This document shows, one piece after another, positions 52,596 through 64,000 of a stretch of DNA of 64,000 nucleotides (position 1 is the first letter of the stretch; each line of letters starts with the position of its first letter). A program made the position numbers and the translations under genes. The notes beneath the pieces are model-generated. The model searched no databases, was not told the origin of the DNA, and saw only the letters and a program-made list of their open reading frames with translations. The DNA is from Ginglymostoma cirratum (lineage: Eukaryota): contig JAHRHZ010000031.1 in the NCBI GenBank assembly GCA_024137785.1, forward strand, positions 4,561,684 through 4,625,683, given 5' to 3'.

Positions 52596-52866
52596 AGTTA
52601 AAATGTCCCACATGTGGGCGTTGATAATGCAGTTTGAATGAGACACATCAAACACCTTGGATTGGCGGTTCATGTATTCCATGTGTGATATTTCATCTTG
52701 AAATATGGAACCTCAAAGGGAAAGTTCCTTTATGTCAGACTAAACAAATCATTCAATTGTGAGAAACAACGAAGCATTTGCAATGTATGGTCACACAACA
52801 TGATAATTGGCAACAAAGGCACATTTCTTATTATAAGGAACACCGAATCCAAATACAAGAGAAACT

Positions 52867-54070
52867 CAGATGTCCTCATTTTTCAAGGGCATTCCACTCC
52901 TGTACAACTCAGATGTCCTTGTTTTTCAAGGACCGCAACTTCCCCCCCTCAGTGGTCGAAAACGCCTTCGACCGTGTCTCCCGCATTTCCCGCAACTCAT
53001 CCTTCACACCCCCTCCCCGCAATAACAACCAAAACAGAATCCCCCTCATCCTCACATACCACCCCACCAACTTCCGGATCCAACGCATCATCCTCTGACA
53101 CTTCCACCATGTGCAATCCGACCCCACCACCAAAGACATTTTTCCCTCCCCACCTTTATCTGCTTTCTGGAGGGACCACTCTCTCCGTGACTCCCTTGTC
53201 TGCTCCACACTCCCCTCCAGCCCCACCTCACCAGGCACTTTTCCCTGCAACCGCAGGAAGTGCTACACCTGCCCCTACACCTCCCCCTTCACCCCCATCC
53301 CAGGCCACAAGAAGCCTTTCCACATCAAACAGATGTTCACCTGCACATCTGCTAGTGTGGTATACTGCATCTGTTGTTCCCATTATGGCCTCCTCTACAT
53401 CGGGGAAACCAAGCGGAGGCTTGGGAACCGCTTTGCAGAACACCTACGCTCGGTTTGCACTAAACAACTGCACCTCCTAGTCGCGAACCATTTCAACTCG
53501 CTCTCCAATTCCGCAGACGACATGTCCATCCTGGGCCTCCTGCAGTGCCACAACGATGCTATCCAAAGGTTGCAGGAACAGCAACTCATATTCTGCTTGG
53601 GAATCCTGCAGCCCAATGGTATCAATGTGGACTTCACAAGCTTCAAAATCTCCCCTCCCCCTACCGCATCCCAAAACCAGCACAGCTTGTCCCCACCTCC
53701 CTAACCTGTCCTTCCTCCCACCTATCCCCTCCTCCCACCTCAAGCCCCATCCCCATCTCCTACCTACTAACCTTATCCCGCCCCCTTGACCTGTCCGTCC
53801 TCCCTGGACTGACCTATCTCCTCCCTACCTCCCTACCTACACTCACCTTTACTGGCTCCATCCCCGCCTCTTTGACCTGTCTGTCTCCTCTCCACCTATC
53901 GTCTCCTCTATCCATCTTCTATCCACCACCCCTCTCTCCCTATTTATTTCAGAACTCCCCTCCCCTCCCCCATTTCTGAAGAAGGGTCTAGGCCCGAAAC
54001 GTCAGCCTTCCTGCTCCTCTGATGCTGCTTGGCCTGCTGTGTTCATCCAGCTCTACACCTTGTTATCTCT
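52867..54070 (+). mobile_element. 5'-truncated Penelope-like retroelement with GIY-YIG endonuclease and 14-bp TSD
   Basis: IPLILTYHP (ORF 52778), CNRRKCYTC linker and VVYCICCS..GLLYIGETKRRLGNRFAEH...NHFN...LQPNGIN (ORF 53111-53704). One in-frame TGA at 53096-53098. ATACAAGAGAAACT at 52853-52866 and 54071-54084. Confidence 0.95.
53976..54003 (+). ncRNA. Minimal type I hammerhead ribozyme motif in the Penelope terminal repeat
   Basis: CUGAAGA-A-GGG UCUAGG CCC-GAAAC-GUC: both catalytic boxes, stem II and an NUH triplet. Helix III is reduced to palindromic ACGU and helix I is weak, so activity is unproven. Confidence 0.65.
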
Positions 54071-56029
54071 ATACAAGAGAAACTATTGACGGTTGCTTCA
54101 AGAACTATCAAATGTAGATTCATATTATCCAACATAGTATTCAAGGAAGTGTAATCTATTCCATTGTGTATTGCTTTCAATTCAGTCCTAAAGATTTGTA
54201 CAATTTAATACCGCTATCTTACCTGCTTTGCAAACATTTTTTCATTACAAAAATGTTTGTACAGGTCCCATTACCAATCAAAGTGACCTCATTTTGTTAC
54301 ATAATCTTCATTGTGAACAGACAACAAACCAGTGGTCGTCATAAGTGTCCTTCAACAAATAAATCATCAAAATCAAAGTTAATTGCCGACACTGCTTTCT
54401 CTGTACATTATTAATAATGTTACACCCAGCATTTATTACTTTTACTGTAACGTTCACAAATACTTCCAAACATGTAAAACAAAACATGTAATAAGTTCTT
54501 TCCTATTTGCAGATAATAATATTTTGTCCATTTTCATTTCTTTTCATATCATCATCAATAAATGTATAATATTGTTAGCAAACACAACTATGCTGGCTGT
54601 GTATTACTCAGCTATCTCAAACTTTTACATAACTGAACAATTATGTAATTATCTCTGGTTGTGCAAAGTATTTACATGACAGCTTTTTCCTTTTTCATTT
54701 TATTATTTTTATCTTCACATTCACTTTCTTAACTCTTTTGAGCAATTTTTTACGCAGGGAATCTACAATAAATTCCTGGATAATGGTTCATGTCTGTTGC
54801 ACAGTGGATCTTCATGATACCTGGCTGCCCAGTGTAGTTTTCACTATCATTTGGGTTCTGCACTCCATTTTCTTTTTAATCATGTAAGCAATAAATAAAG
54901 TTCAACTTCACCCAGGAACACAATCTTATAAATCTTGTATGACCAATGTATGCCCTTTCTGCCACCAGTTAATATAGTCATGTTGATGGAATCTATCCAA
55001 GTGACTCATTGCTACTCATTAAAGAGGTACATTGAATCATTTAAAACGAACATCTGCTTGGGTGTCTTGACATACTGCCAAAAATATGTTAAAATGCATC
55101 AAATCAGCATATGCAGTGTTAAGTGCTCAGCAGTATATGTATGTGGTTACTTTACACCCACAATCTAAAAATGGGCTTTTTAATTCTTTTTGATCCTTCA
55201 TGACATATGCTTTGCTAACATCTTCATCTGTTGTAGATTGCAAAGCCAAAATGACTTGTTCTGGAGTTTGAACACAATTTTCACTTGTGAGGAAAGATAC
55301 AAAGACTTAATTGAACACATCTGCAATTTCACAAATGCCCATAACATTAAGCAAAAGCATAGACCTCCAGGTTGTTCCATCATTCAATAATATTTAATTA
55401 CAATCTTAACTCCACTCTCCTGCCTACCTCATATAACCAACAACTCTCTTACAGATCAAATTTTTAAAACACAGTTGAAGCCCCAACATTGATCCTTGAT
55501 GCACACCACCAGGTATAATTTTTCAACCAGATAACACATTTATCTTGACTCACTACTTCCTAGTAATCAACCTTCTATCAATGTTAAACTATTACCCTGC
55601 CACCATAACCTCTTAGGATCCCATCTTTTATAACACTACCCAACCTACGGACTCATTACTTGGTTTAACTGGGAGTAAGCATTCTTTGAATCAGTGAATT
55701 GTTTATCAGCCCTCCTTCAAGATTGGGGCACACAATTTCAATTGACACACCAGTTATGACTGAGTATGGTGCTAACTTCTAGCTGAGTCAATATTCAAGA
55801 AACTCTTGGTCAGTTCAACAAGGTATTAAAGACCTTGTTGTACTATTTTATGGAGAGCAAGAAAGTGTCTCAGTCAAAAATCTTCCCCAGTAAACAGATT
55901 ATTTGCTTCGGAATCTCTCTCACTGATGGCTATTGAACTTTTCTATCTGCAAAATTGCTGCTATAATTACACAGACAACAATACGTAATTGTACAAAATT
56001 CTTCAAGAAAATAGAGATATGATGAATTC

Positions 56030-56372
56030 AAATGGTATTACCACCGGACTGTTAATCCAGAGATCCGGGTAATGTTCTGAGGACCTAGGTTTGAACGCCA
56101 CGACAGCAGGAAGCGGAATTTGAATTCAATAAATATCTGGAATTAAGAGTCTAATGATGACCATGAACACATTACTGATTTTCGGAAAAATCCATCCGGC
56201 TCACTTATGTCCTATCGGGACGGAAAGTGCCATCCTTACCTGGTCTGACCTACATGTGACCCCACGCCCACAGCAATGTGGTTGACTCTCAACTGCCCTC
56301 TGGGCAATTAGGGATGGACAATAAGTGCTGCCAACCCAGTGATGCCCTCATCCCATGAATGAATGGAAAAAG
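56030..56372 (+). mobile_element. tRNA-derived SINE, near full length
   Basis: TGGTATTA..AC.GGACT head, GGTTTGAACGCC B-box-like motif and CATCCCATGAATGAAT tail. Confidence 0.8.
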
Positions 56373-57595
56373 AAATTAAATGAAGTCACTTTCTTTATCC
56401 ATTGAGAGTTTTATCTTGTATTTAACACACTATTTACTTTGAGCTAACTACTTTCTTTGGAATATTCTAATTTATACCTAGAATGCAACTTTTTAAACAT
56501 CATTCAACCAGTACAATATTTAAATTTAAACCTGGCTGTTTTTAATGACTCATTACTTTACAAATGAAAAATATAGTTCTGATGATAGGCCATTGATCAA
56601 AAATATTAACTGTTTCTCTGTACCTTCAGCACTTTGATTTTATTTCAGATTTACAGTATCTGAAGTATTTTATTTTGGTTTGCAGATATATTTTAAGATT
56701 GATTTATTTAGCCAGAAGGTTGAAAATGTCCTTAGATTTAGTGCTAAAATTCCTGGTTAATGACAAGACCACTCAATTGCTTTTTGTTCTTGTGATATTT
56801 TTAATAGTAGCAAAAGATCTTTCTTGAGCAAGGTGACAAAATTAGAGTTTTCATCTGATTTATCAGCTGAAAATGTAAGATTATAATCCTGTTTTAACCA
56901 GGTACTAACTTACTTTCAATATTAATGATGGATCGTCTTAAGATTCTGTTCCTAATTAACACCAGCCAGGTGAAAATAAATGGAACTACTTGGCAAACAC
57001 TTAACAATGGTTCGGACAAAATTGCAACTCATGTGAAGGCACAGCAAACAATATTGTTTATAGTTCTATCTGAAGATTCTTATTTGGGAGAAATATATAA
57101 CTAATTTCTTAGCTGTATTATTGTTAAATTAAGTTAAATTCGCTCATGAGATTATTCGCACAAAACATAATTTTTAGGACTATTGATTAAAAGCCAGTAC
57201 ATGCACGGGTTTGTCAAAAACATGAGCTTGACACAATAAAGGTCCTGTTCTTTTAATGAACCAATCCACACACATTAACATTTATAAAAAATACGTTTTA
57301 CTAAGTTAACAAATTCCACTTAAATTAATATTCACTTGTATGTTGTTGGTAAGAAGATATGTTAAATAGGAAAAGTGGAAGCTTTTAGTTTAGTAAGACA
57401 ACGCTTTGCTTTATAATGGTCAACTCTTGGTTAATTATTTCCTGTTATGTCTCAGAAAAACTCCTTCTATGGAAGTGTCTGCCATATTTGCTTCAAAGAC
57501 AGGGGCTGGAAAATTCCAAAATTCACTGATTTCCATTTTCTCAGTCAGTTTGATGTTGTCCTATGTTTTCTTAGTCAGCATGAGCATATATTATA

Positions 57596-58168
57596 GGGTG
57601 TAGAGCTGGATGAACACAGCAGGCCAAGCAGCATCAGAGGAGCAGGAAAGCTGATGTTTCAGNNNNNNNNNNNNNNNNNNNNNNNNNNNNNNNNNNNNNN
57701 NNNNNNNNNNNNNNNNNNNNNNNNNNNNNNNNNNNNNNNNNNNNNNNNNNNNNNNNNNNNNNNNNNNNNNNNNNNNNNNNNNNNNNNNNNNNNNNNNNNN
57801 NNNNNNNNNNNNNNNNNNNNNNNNNNNNNNNNNNNNNNNNNNNNNNNNNNNNNNNNNNNNNNNNNNNNNNNNNNNNNNNNNNNNNNNNNNNNNNNNNNNN
57901 NNNNNNNNNNNNNNNNNNNNNNNNNNNNNNNNNNNNNNNNNNNNNNNNNNNNNNNNNNNNNNNNNNNNNNNNNNNNNNNNNNNNNNNNNNNNNNNNNNNN
58001 NNNNNNNNNNNNNNNNNNNNNNNNNNNNNNNNNNNNNNNNNNNNNNNNNNNNNNNNNNNNNNGAAACATCAGCTTTCCTGCTCCTCTGATGCTGCTTGGC
58101 CTGCTGTGTTCATCTGGCTCTGCACCTTGTTGTATCAGATTCTCCAGCATCGGCAGTTCCTACTATCT
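57596..58168. mobile_element. Fold-back Penelope-terminal-repeat element spanning the assembly gap
   Basis: 57596-57662 is the reverse complement of 58063-58128. Flanks CATGAGCATATATT (57579-57592) and CATGGGCATAGATT (58169-58182) match 12/14. Confidence 0.85.
57663..58062. other. Assembly gap (400 N)
   Basis: Run of N. Confidence 1.
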
Positions 58169-58189
58169 CATGGGCATAGATTTGCAGCT

Positions 58190-58740
58190 TTTGTGATGTG
58201 TATATTGACTTCTGCATCAAGTGACAGGCTGTCAGTGATAGTGAGGCCTAGACATGTGAAGTGATGAACAAACCCCACCACCACATTGCCAGTCCCGTGA
58301 GATGGTGCTAGGGCAACAAAATCACTGTGACATTTCTCTTCTTGAAGCTGATGGTCAAACCAAGCTCTTTACAGGTATATACAACATATCCATTTTGACA
58401 CTGATTGCATCCCTCCCTATGTGGCACCAATAAACCATTGTCAATGTGGAACAAAGTCTCGGCACATCGTTGTAGTAGAACTTAGATGAGCAAAGCTGAA
58501 CAGTTTTCCAACTGTTCTAGTACGGAAATATGCATCTTATGTGGAGGATGTGAAGTCATAGGATAGCAGCAAAGAGAAGCTTATGCCAAAGAGGACTATG
58601 GTTGGAGCAAAGTCGTGTTTGACTCTCCTCAAAATCTTAAAGACGTGTAATGAGATCCCATCATAGCTAACTTTACCCACCAATATGTCATGGAAGGAGA
58701 AGATACCTTTGCACAAAGCAGGTTGTAGAGATTAAGCATC
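58190..58740 (-). mobile_element. RTE-clade (BovB-like) LINE RT fragment
   Basis: Minus strand reads RVKHDFAPTIVLFGISFSLLL...RTVGKLFSFAHL, ELGLTISFKK and FTCLGLTITDSLSLDAEVN. Confidence 0.75.
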
Positions 58741-59569
58741 AAAAAAAGTCAAATGACTCACGTTTTATCTGGAAAAGCTGTTTATTTCAATTAATTTAAC
58801 TCAATGGTTTAAGCGTTTAACTAAAGGCAGGTTCAGAAGGAAGACTATCCTGTTTCTACAAACCAAGGAATGATTAATGAGGTATAAAATTTATTAACTT
58901 TGCTATCCACTTTTTCAGTTATTGCTGCAAGTGAAAAAAAGCTCTTGTTTTTTGTGAAATTTTAATCCGCCTTTTCAATTTCTTAACCTTCGGCCTTGCT
59001 GAAATATAATTTAGTATTAAGAATAGTTACAGTATAGTTTATTTTGAGTAGAATGAGTAAAGAGATTGATGTTTAAGCAATTATTTATGATTAAATGATT
59101 GTTAGTTTTAAGGTCTGCAGGAAGAACCAGCCCAAAGATTTGAACAAGTTTCTCAATGAAGATACCCGAGAATTAGGAAAGAACAATTGTTTGAATGTTA
59201 AAGTGTAAACTGCTATAAAAAGACCTACAGGCTAGAATGAAGAACATGTCAAGTTGAGACTTCAAACAATGTTTTCTTTTAAGCCATGGTCATCTAGCTA
59301 AAGCTGCCAGGCTCAGGCGTGGGGCTTCCTAACGGTAATTGTTCTTTGCTCCTACTGACTCAAGAAAGAGGAGGAATGAAAAATCAGATGGCTGCTATAA
59401 TTATCATATGTGTTATGATAAAAAGTGGACAGAAAGGATCAGGGAAGTATGCAGTCTCCCAGGTTTGAAATAGTCCTGTCATACCTTCAGCTTCATTGTT
59501 CTGTATGGTATATGCAGGTACTGTGAGGGATAGGAACACTTAATGTAATGTGCTTAAGTGGAGTGGCAA

Positions 59570-60396
59570 CTGTAACAGTTGGAAAACTTAAGAAAACCTC
59601 TTGCTTCCTTGAGTTCATAAGCTGATTTATGAAGATTATAAGCATCCACAATGATTAGAAGCAACTGCAAATGTTTCCATTCAATAAGTTTGTGCTGTGC
59701 AATAAATGAGTTAGTTTCATTTTGAATTGATGTTGGAGCATATCCTGGAGAAGATGATTCATAACAAGAAACAAGTCCCACTTTGGATGAAAATACCAAG
59801 TATTCCTGAACTGAAGCCATGTTCTAGCTGACAATGAAATCATTGCCACGCTCAAAGATGTAAATTGGAAATTTAGAGATCCGTGTATTCCCTCACCTTT
59901 TGCACTGAAATCTCCAGTGCTACATTGGAGAATTATGGTGTGCTTCTTCAGGGGAACTCTTATACTTGATATGTCCTCTCAATGCCTCCATATTAACCTG
60001 CTGTCCTTGCTCAAAGGTGTGTGTGTCTCACTTGAAGAAATTCTACTTCTCTTCTTGCGATGGTATTTCTACTGAGGGTCCTCATCTACTTTGGCTAGCT
60101 CTCTATAACATCAGACAATTCATGATAGTTCATCTATGATAGTCAGATTTCATTGTCCTATCAAGAAGGTTCAAACTGTTTATGATTTCAATAGGGCAAG
60201 TGGCACAGTTTCCTCATGAAGCTTGCCCCAATTTAAATTCGAAATGAAAATAAGTCATTCATAGCACAGCACAAAGTTATTGAATAGAAACATTTATAAT
60301 TGCTTTTCATCATTGTGGATGCTCACAATCTTCATAAATCAATTTAAAAACTCAAAGGGAATACAGGAGCCTTTCTTAATTTTTCTAACTATTACA
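59570..60396. repeat. Old fold-back element with long inverted arms
   Basis: 59570-59745 aligns to the reverse complement of 60215-60396, e.g. GATTTATGAAGATT.T.AGCATCCACAATGAT and AAATGTTTC.ATTCAATAA.TTTGTGCTGTGC. Inner match GACAATGAAATC (~59830) with GATTTCATTGTC (~60146). Confidence 0.85.
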
Positions 60397-60610
60397 ATAA
60401 AGTCATCATAGTCTTGTGACCATTGGGGTGCTCTCTCATTAGAAAGAGATGACTGCTGGTCATTTAACCTGAGGATGACCACACCTCAGGCAAGGTGAGA
60501 GATTGGGAAGGAGCAGCCTTCAAAGGTAACCTCAGCCAGTACAGGAATCGAACCCACACTGTTGGTATCACTCTGCATTACAAACCAGCTGGCCTGCCAA
60601 CTGTGCTAAG
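60397..60610 (-). mobile_element. tRNA-derived SINE (distinct family)
   Basis: Minus strand has A box TAGCACAGTTGG and B box GGTTCGATTCC; too long and divergent for a tRNA. Confidence 0.75.
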
Positions 60611-61644
60611 TGCAACAGCAAAGAAACAGATGAGCCTTTCATCCCCTCTGAACAGTGCAGCAATCTTTTTTTTGTCGGAAATAGGACATTATACTCAGGA
60701 TAAATCACCACTCTGATTAAAATAGCTGAGTGATGAATTCAAAATTAGAGCAGCAGTGATCTTCATAGTCACAGATAGAGCAGTTCAGAGAAATTCCTCT
60801 CTCTTCAACTTGCTTCCTTTTGACACATGCTTAGTAAATGATTTACTTATGGAGCCTCAGCATAATTAGAGCACTTCAATCTTCAGCAGGTATGATATTT
60901 GACTCTATTGAAATGTCTCCTGTGTGCACTCTCCTTTTGAGAGTCATGCATTTACTTGCCCTCCCCTTTTGCTCATGTTATTCATCATCTGAAAAGATGA
61001 CAGCAGCCACACAATCCAAGAGGCTGTGCTCGTATGATGGTTAAAAGATTCATCCATCAGTTCTGAATAAAGGATAAGTACAGACCCTTTAAGTGATTAG
61101 AAACCAGCCTTATCTGATTTGATTATCCAATGAGTTCAACTGATGTTCTCATGACAGTTTCATGGAACAATAAGAGGAAATAGAAACCTATATTGGCTAC
61201 AGATGACCAATCAAATTCATTTGAGATTACTGTTTCCAGGCTTCATTTGCCTATTTGAAATATGATGATGCACAATATATTTTAATACTATTATATTTGA
61301 GGATCAGTATTAGGTTTAAAAGTGCATAATTGAATGAAAAAAGCCTAGCATAAACATGGCTACAGAAAATCTGTTGGTAAAGAGTTATTTCCTTTTTTGC
61401 AAATCAATATGAATTGATAGGTACCTGGTAATCTTTACCTTCCTTTGCAGTTTTAACATATTATCTAATGATTGCAGAATTTATTTCTTGCAAAGTTAAC
61501 TGAGCAGTTGCTATAACTTTCTAATGGTCGTCAATACTGCAACACAGAATATTCTTAACCCTTTGCTTTAGACATTTTACAGTAACTAATGTATTACTTT
61601 TCTCATTTTTATCTATAAATGTCAGTTCATTCAAAACTCTTTAA

Positions 61645-61855
61645 TGGCTATCCGATATTGTAACATCCCATTCATCCATCATGCATGTCTTTGCTGACCT
61701 ACAGTGGTTTCCGTTTCCCCAATGCTTCACATTCCAAAGCAAATCAAATTTAAAATTCTTGCCATTACATTTAACCCTCTTCATGGCCTCGCTTTGCTCA
61801 CCTCCTTCCCTCTTGCAATCCTAAAAAATTCTTCAAAAACTCTCCTGAATCTAGG
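61645..61855 (+). mobile_element. L2 LINE C-terminal fragment
   Basis: DLQWFP...IKFKILAITFNPLHGLA corresponds to the LHWLP..RI.FKIL....K.LHGLAP motif. Confidence 0.7.
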
Positions 61856-61857
61856 CT

Positions 61858-64000
61858 TCTTTTTACTCATTCAAGGGAATGTGGGAGACATTGGATAGGC
61901 CAGTGTTTACTGGCTATCCCAATTTGCCTTGTAGAAGGTTTTCATGATCTGCCTTTTTAAGCTGCTGCAATCTTTGAGGTATAGGAAACTCCACAGTGCC
62001 CTTAGAAAGGGAGTTTCAGAATTTTGACTCAGTGACAGAGAAGGAATGCTAGCATAGTTCCAAGTCAGAATAGTATATGACTTGCATCAGTGGGGGAGGG
62101 AATGAATGTTCAAGGTTTTGGATGTAGTGCCAATCAACTGGACTGCTTTATCCTAAATGATGTAAAGTTTCTTGAGTGTCATTGGAGCTCCACTCATTCA
62201 AACAAGTTAGAAATTTCATCACATTCCCGACTTGTGCTTTGTAGATGGTGGACTGGATTCGGGAGTCAGGAGGTGAGTTACTAATTGCAGAATTCCTAGC
62301 AACTCGTACCTGCAACTCTTGCTACCGTATGCATATGGCTGGTCCACTACAACTGTCAGTCAATGGTAATACCCAGGGTGATGATCATTGGCGATTCAGT
62401 CATGGTAATGCAATTGACCTTTAAGTCTTTAAGATCATAACACATAGGAGCAGAAACAGGCCATTCATTCAATGAGATCATGGCTAATATGATAATCTTT
62501 AACTCCACTTTCCTCCCTTTTCCCAATAAACGTAATCCCCTTACAGATAAAAAAAACCTGTCTACCTCAGCCTTGAATTTAATGACCCAGCCTCAAGAGG
62601 AAGTTCCTCCTTACCTCAGTCTTAACTGAGTGACTGCTTACACTGACAATATGCTGTCCAGTCCTAGACTCTCTCACAAGAGGAAACAAGCTTTCCTTGT
62701 CTATCCTGAGAGGTACCCCGAGAATCCAAAAGGTTTCAATAAGGTCACTTCTCATTCTTCTAAACTCTAATGAGTACAAACCCAACACTCCATAACCTTT
62801 ATCAACTTTCTGAAGATTCTCTGTATTGCTTCCAACACTAGTATATCTTTCCTTCACTGTTCTAGATGTGGTATAACTAATGTCTTGCATAGTTTTAATA
62901 AGACTTCCCAATTTTTATATTCCATTCCCTTTGAAATAAAAAAGGATAATATTCCATTTGCCTTCCCTATTACACAATGAACTTGGATATTCTCTTTTTG
63001 TGATTTATGCACAAGGACTTCAAAATCCTTTTATTTAGTGCAAATGTTAGTTCCTACACCTTATCAGGCCAAGCCTGGATGTTAACCAGGTCTGGCTGTA
63101 TATGGACATGGGTGGATTCAGTATCTAAGGAGTCGTGATTGGAGCTGAAGACTGTAATCATCAGCAAACATCCCATTTCTGACCTTATGATGGAGAGAGA
63201 GTTGTTGATGAAGCAACAGAAGATGGTTGAGTCTAAGACACTATCCTAAGAAACACCTACAGAGATGTCCTGGAATTGAGATGGTTTACTGCCAACAAAA
63301 GCATTTTTTTTAATGCTTAATTTTAACTAGTGGAGTTTACTCTCCCCAATTCCCATTGATTCTTGATGGTGTACTCACCAAATGCTGCTTTGATGTCAAA
63401 GGTAGACCCTGTCACTTCACCAAGAAGTTCACCTTCTTTGTTTATATTTGGGCCATGGTTGGAATGAGGTCAGGAATCAAATGGCCCTGGAGAAAACCAA
63501 ACCAAGCATCAGTCATCATGTTATTCCTTTGCAAGTATCATTTGGTAGTGCTGGCAATGACCCCTTTGATCACCTTGCTGAGGATTGAAAGTGGACGGAT
63601 AGGACAGTATTTGGCCAGGTTCAATTTGTCCCACTTTTATGCACAGGGTGTGTCTGGACGATTGTCCACTTTGGAGGATTTCAGTGTTGCCACTGGCACT
63701 TGTACATGAACAGCTTGGTTAGGTGTATGGAAAATTTTGGAGCACAAGTCTTCATTGCTGAATGTTGTCATGGCTCATAGCTTTTTTAAGTATTCAGTGC
63801 CTTCAGCATTTTCTCAATATCACATGGAGTGAATTGAATTAGTTGAAAACTAGCATCTGTGATCCTGAGGACCTCAGGAGTGAGGTGCGACAGATCATCC
63901 CATTGCCATTTCTCACTGAAGATGGATCTAAATACTTCAGTCATGCCTCTTGTGTTGGTATCCCTCAGTATTGAAGATGGAGATGTTTATGGAGTATCCA
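61858..64000 (-). mobile_element. Degraded LINE (same family as 49640-52000), split by CR1; runs off the window
   Basis: Tail at 61858-61930; minus-strand LTSKQHL/DIKAAF (~63380-63400) and KYCPIRPLSILSKV (~63570-63612). Confidence 0.7.
62430..63030 (-). mobile_element. CR1 LINE 3' fragment (nested)
   Basis: ORF 62579-62911: LGLYSLEFRRMRSDLIETF..L...ESLFPL..ESRT..H...RRNF. Confidence 0.85.

Noticed and set aside
52698-53480. 260-aa Pro/Thr/Ser-rich ORF
   Set aside because: Alternative frame of the C-rich Penelope coding strand fused to flanking DNA.
57654-58196. ORFs of 180 and 163 aa
   Set aside because: Artefacts of translating N.
60535-60610. tRNA gene (A and B boxes)
   Set aside because: No cloverleaf; continues into a SINE body.
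4953-63030. CR1 orientation bias (about 11 minus vs 5 plus) as a clue to host-gene strand
   Set aside because: Too few copies to be significant.
1-64000. CRISPR array or prokaryotic operon
   Set aside because: No regularly spaced direct repeats; the sequence is vertebrate retroelement-rich DNA.

Overview
Eukaryotic, repeat-rich, apparently non-coding DNA from a cartilaginous fish. A shark is inferred from the HE1 V-SINE, HER1/CR1-type LINEs and Deu-domain SINEs. I find no host protein-coding gene, rRNA, tRNA or CRISPR array. Every recognisable ORF in the track is a decayed transposon protein: Gypsy gag/pol, Harbinger Myb plus transposase, CR1, Rex1/Babar, RTE, L2 and Penelope GIY-YIG. Between the repeats lie AT-rich unique islands that look like conserved non-coding elements, consistent with a long intron or gene desert. 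The most coherent system is a set of Penelope-type terminal repeats carrying a minimal hammerhead-ribozyme core (CUGANGA-stem II-GAAAC-NUH). They occur as a 5'-truncated GIY-YIG element and as short non-coding copies with long target-site duplications, two of them fold-back palindromes centred on the ribozyme core; one straddles the 400-N gap, which is probably an artefact. Also notable are a candidate recursive splice site (minus strand, 17244/17243) and an old ~830-bp fold-back element (59570-60396). All alignments were done by eye, so boundaries of old repeats are approximate.
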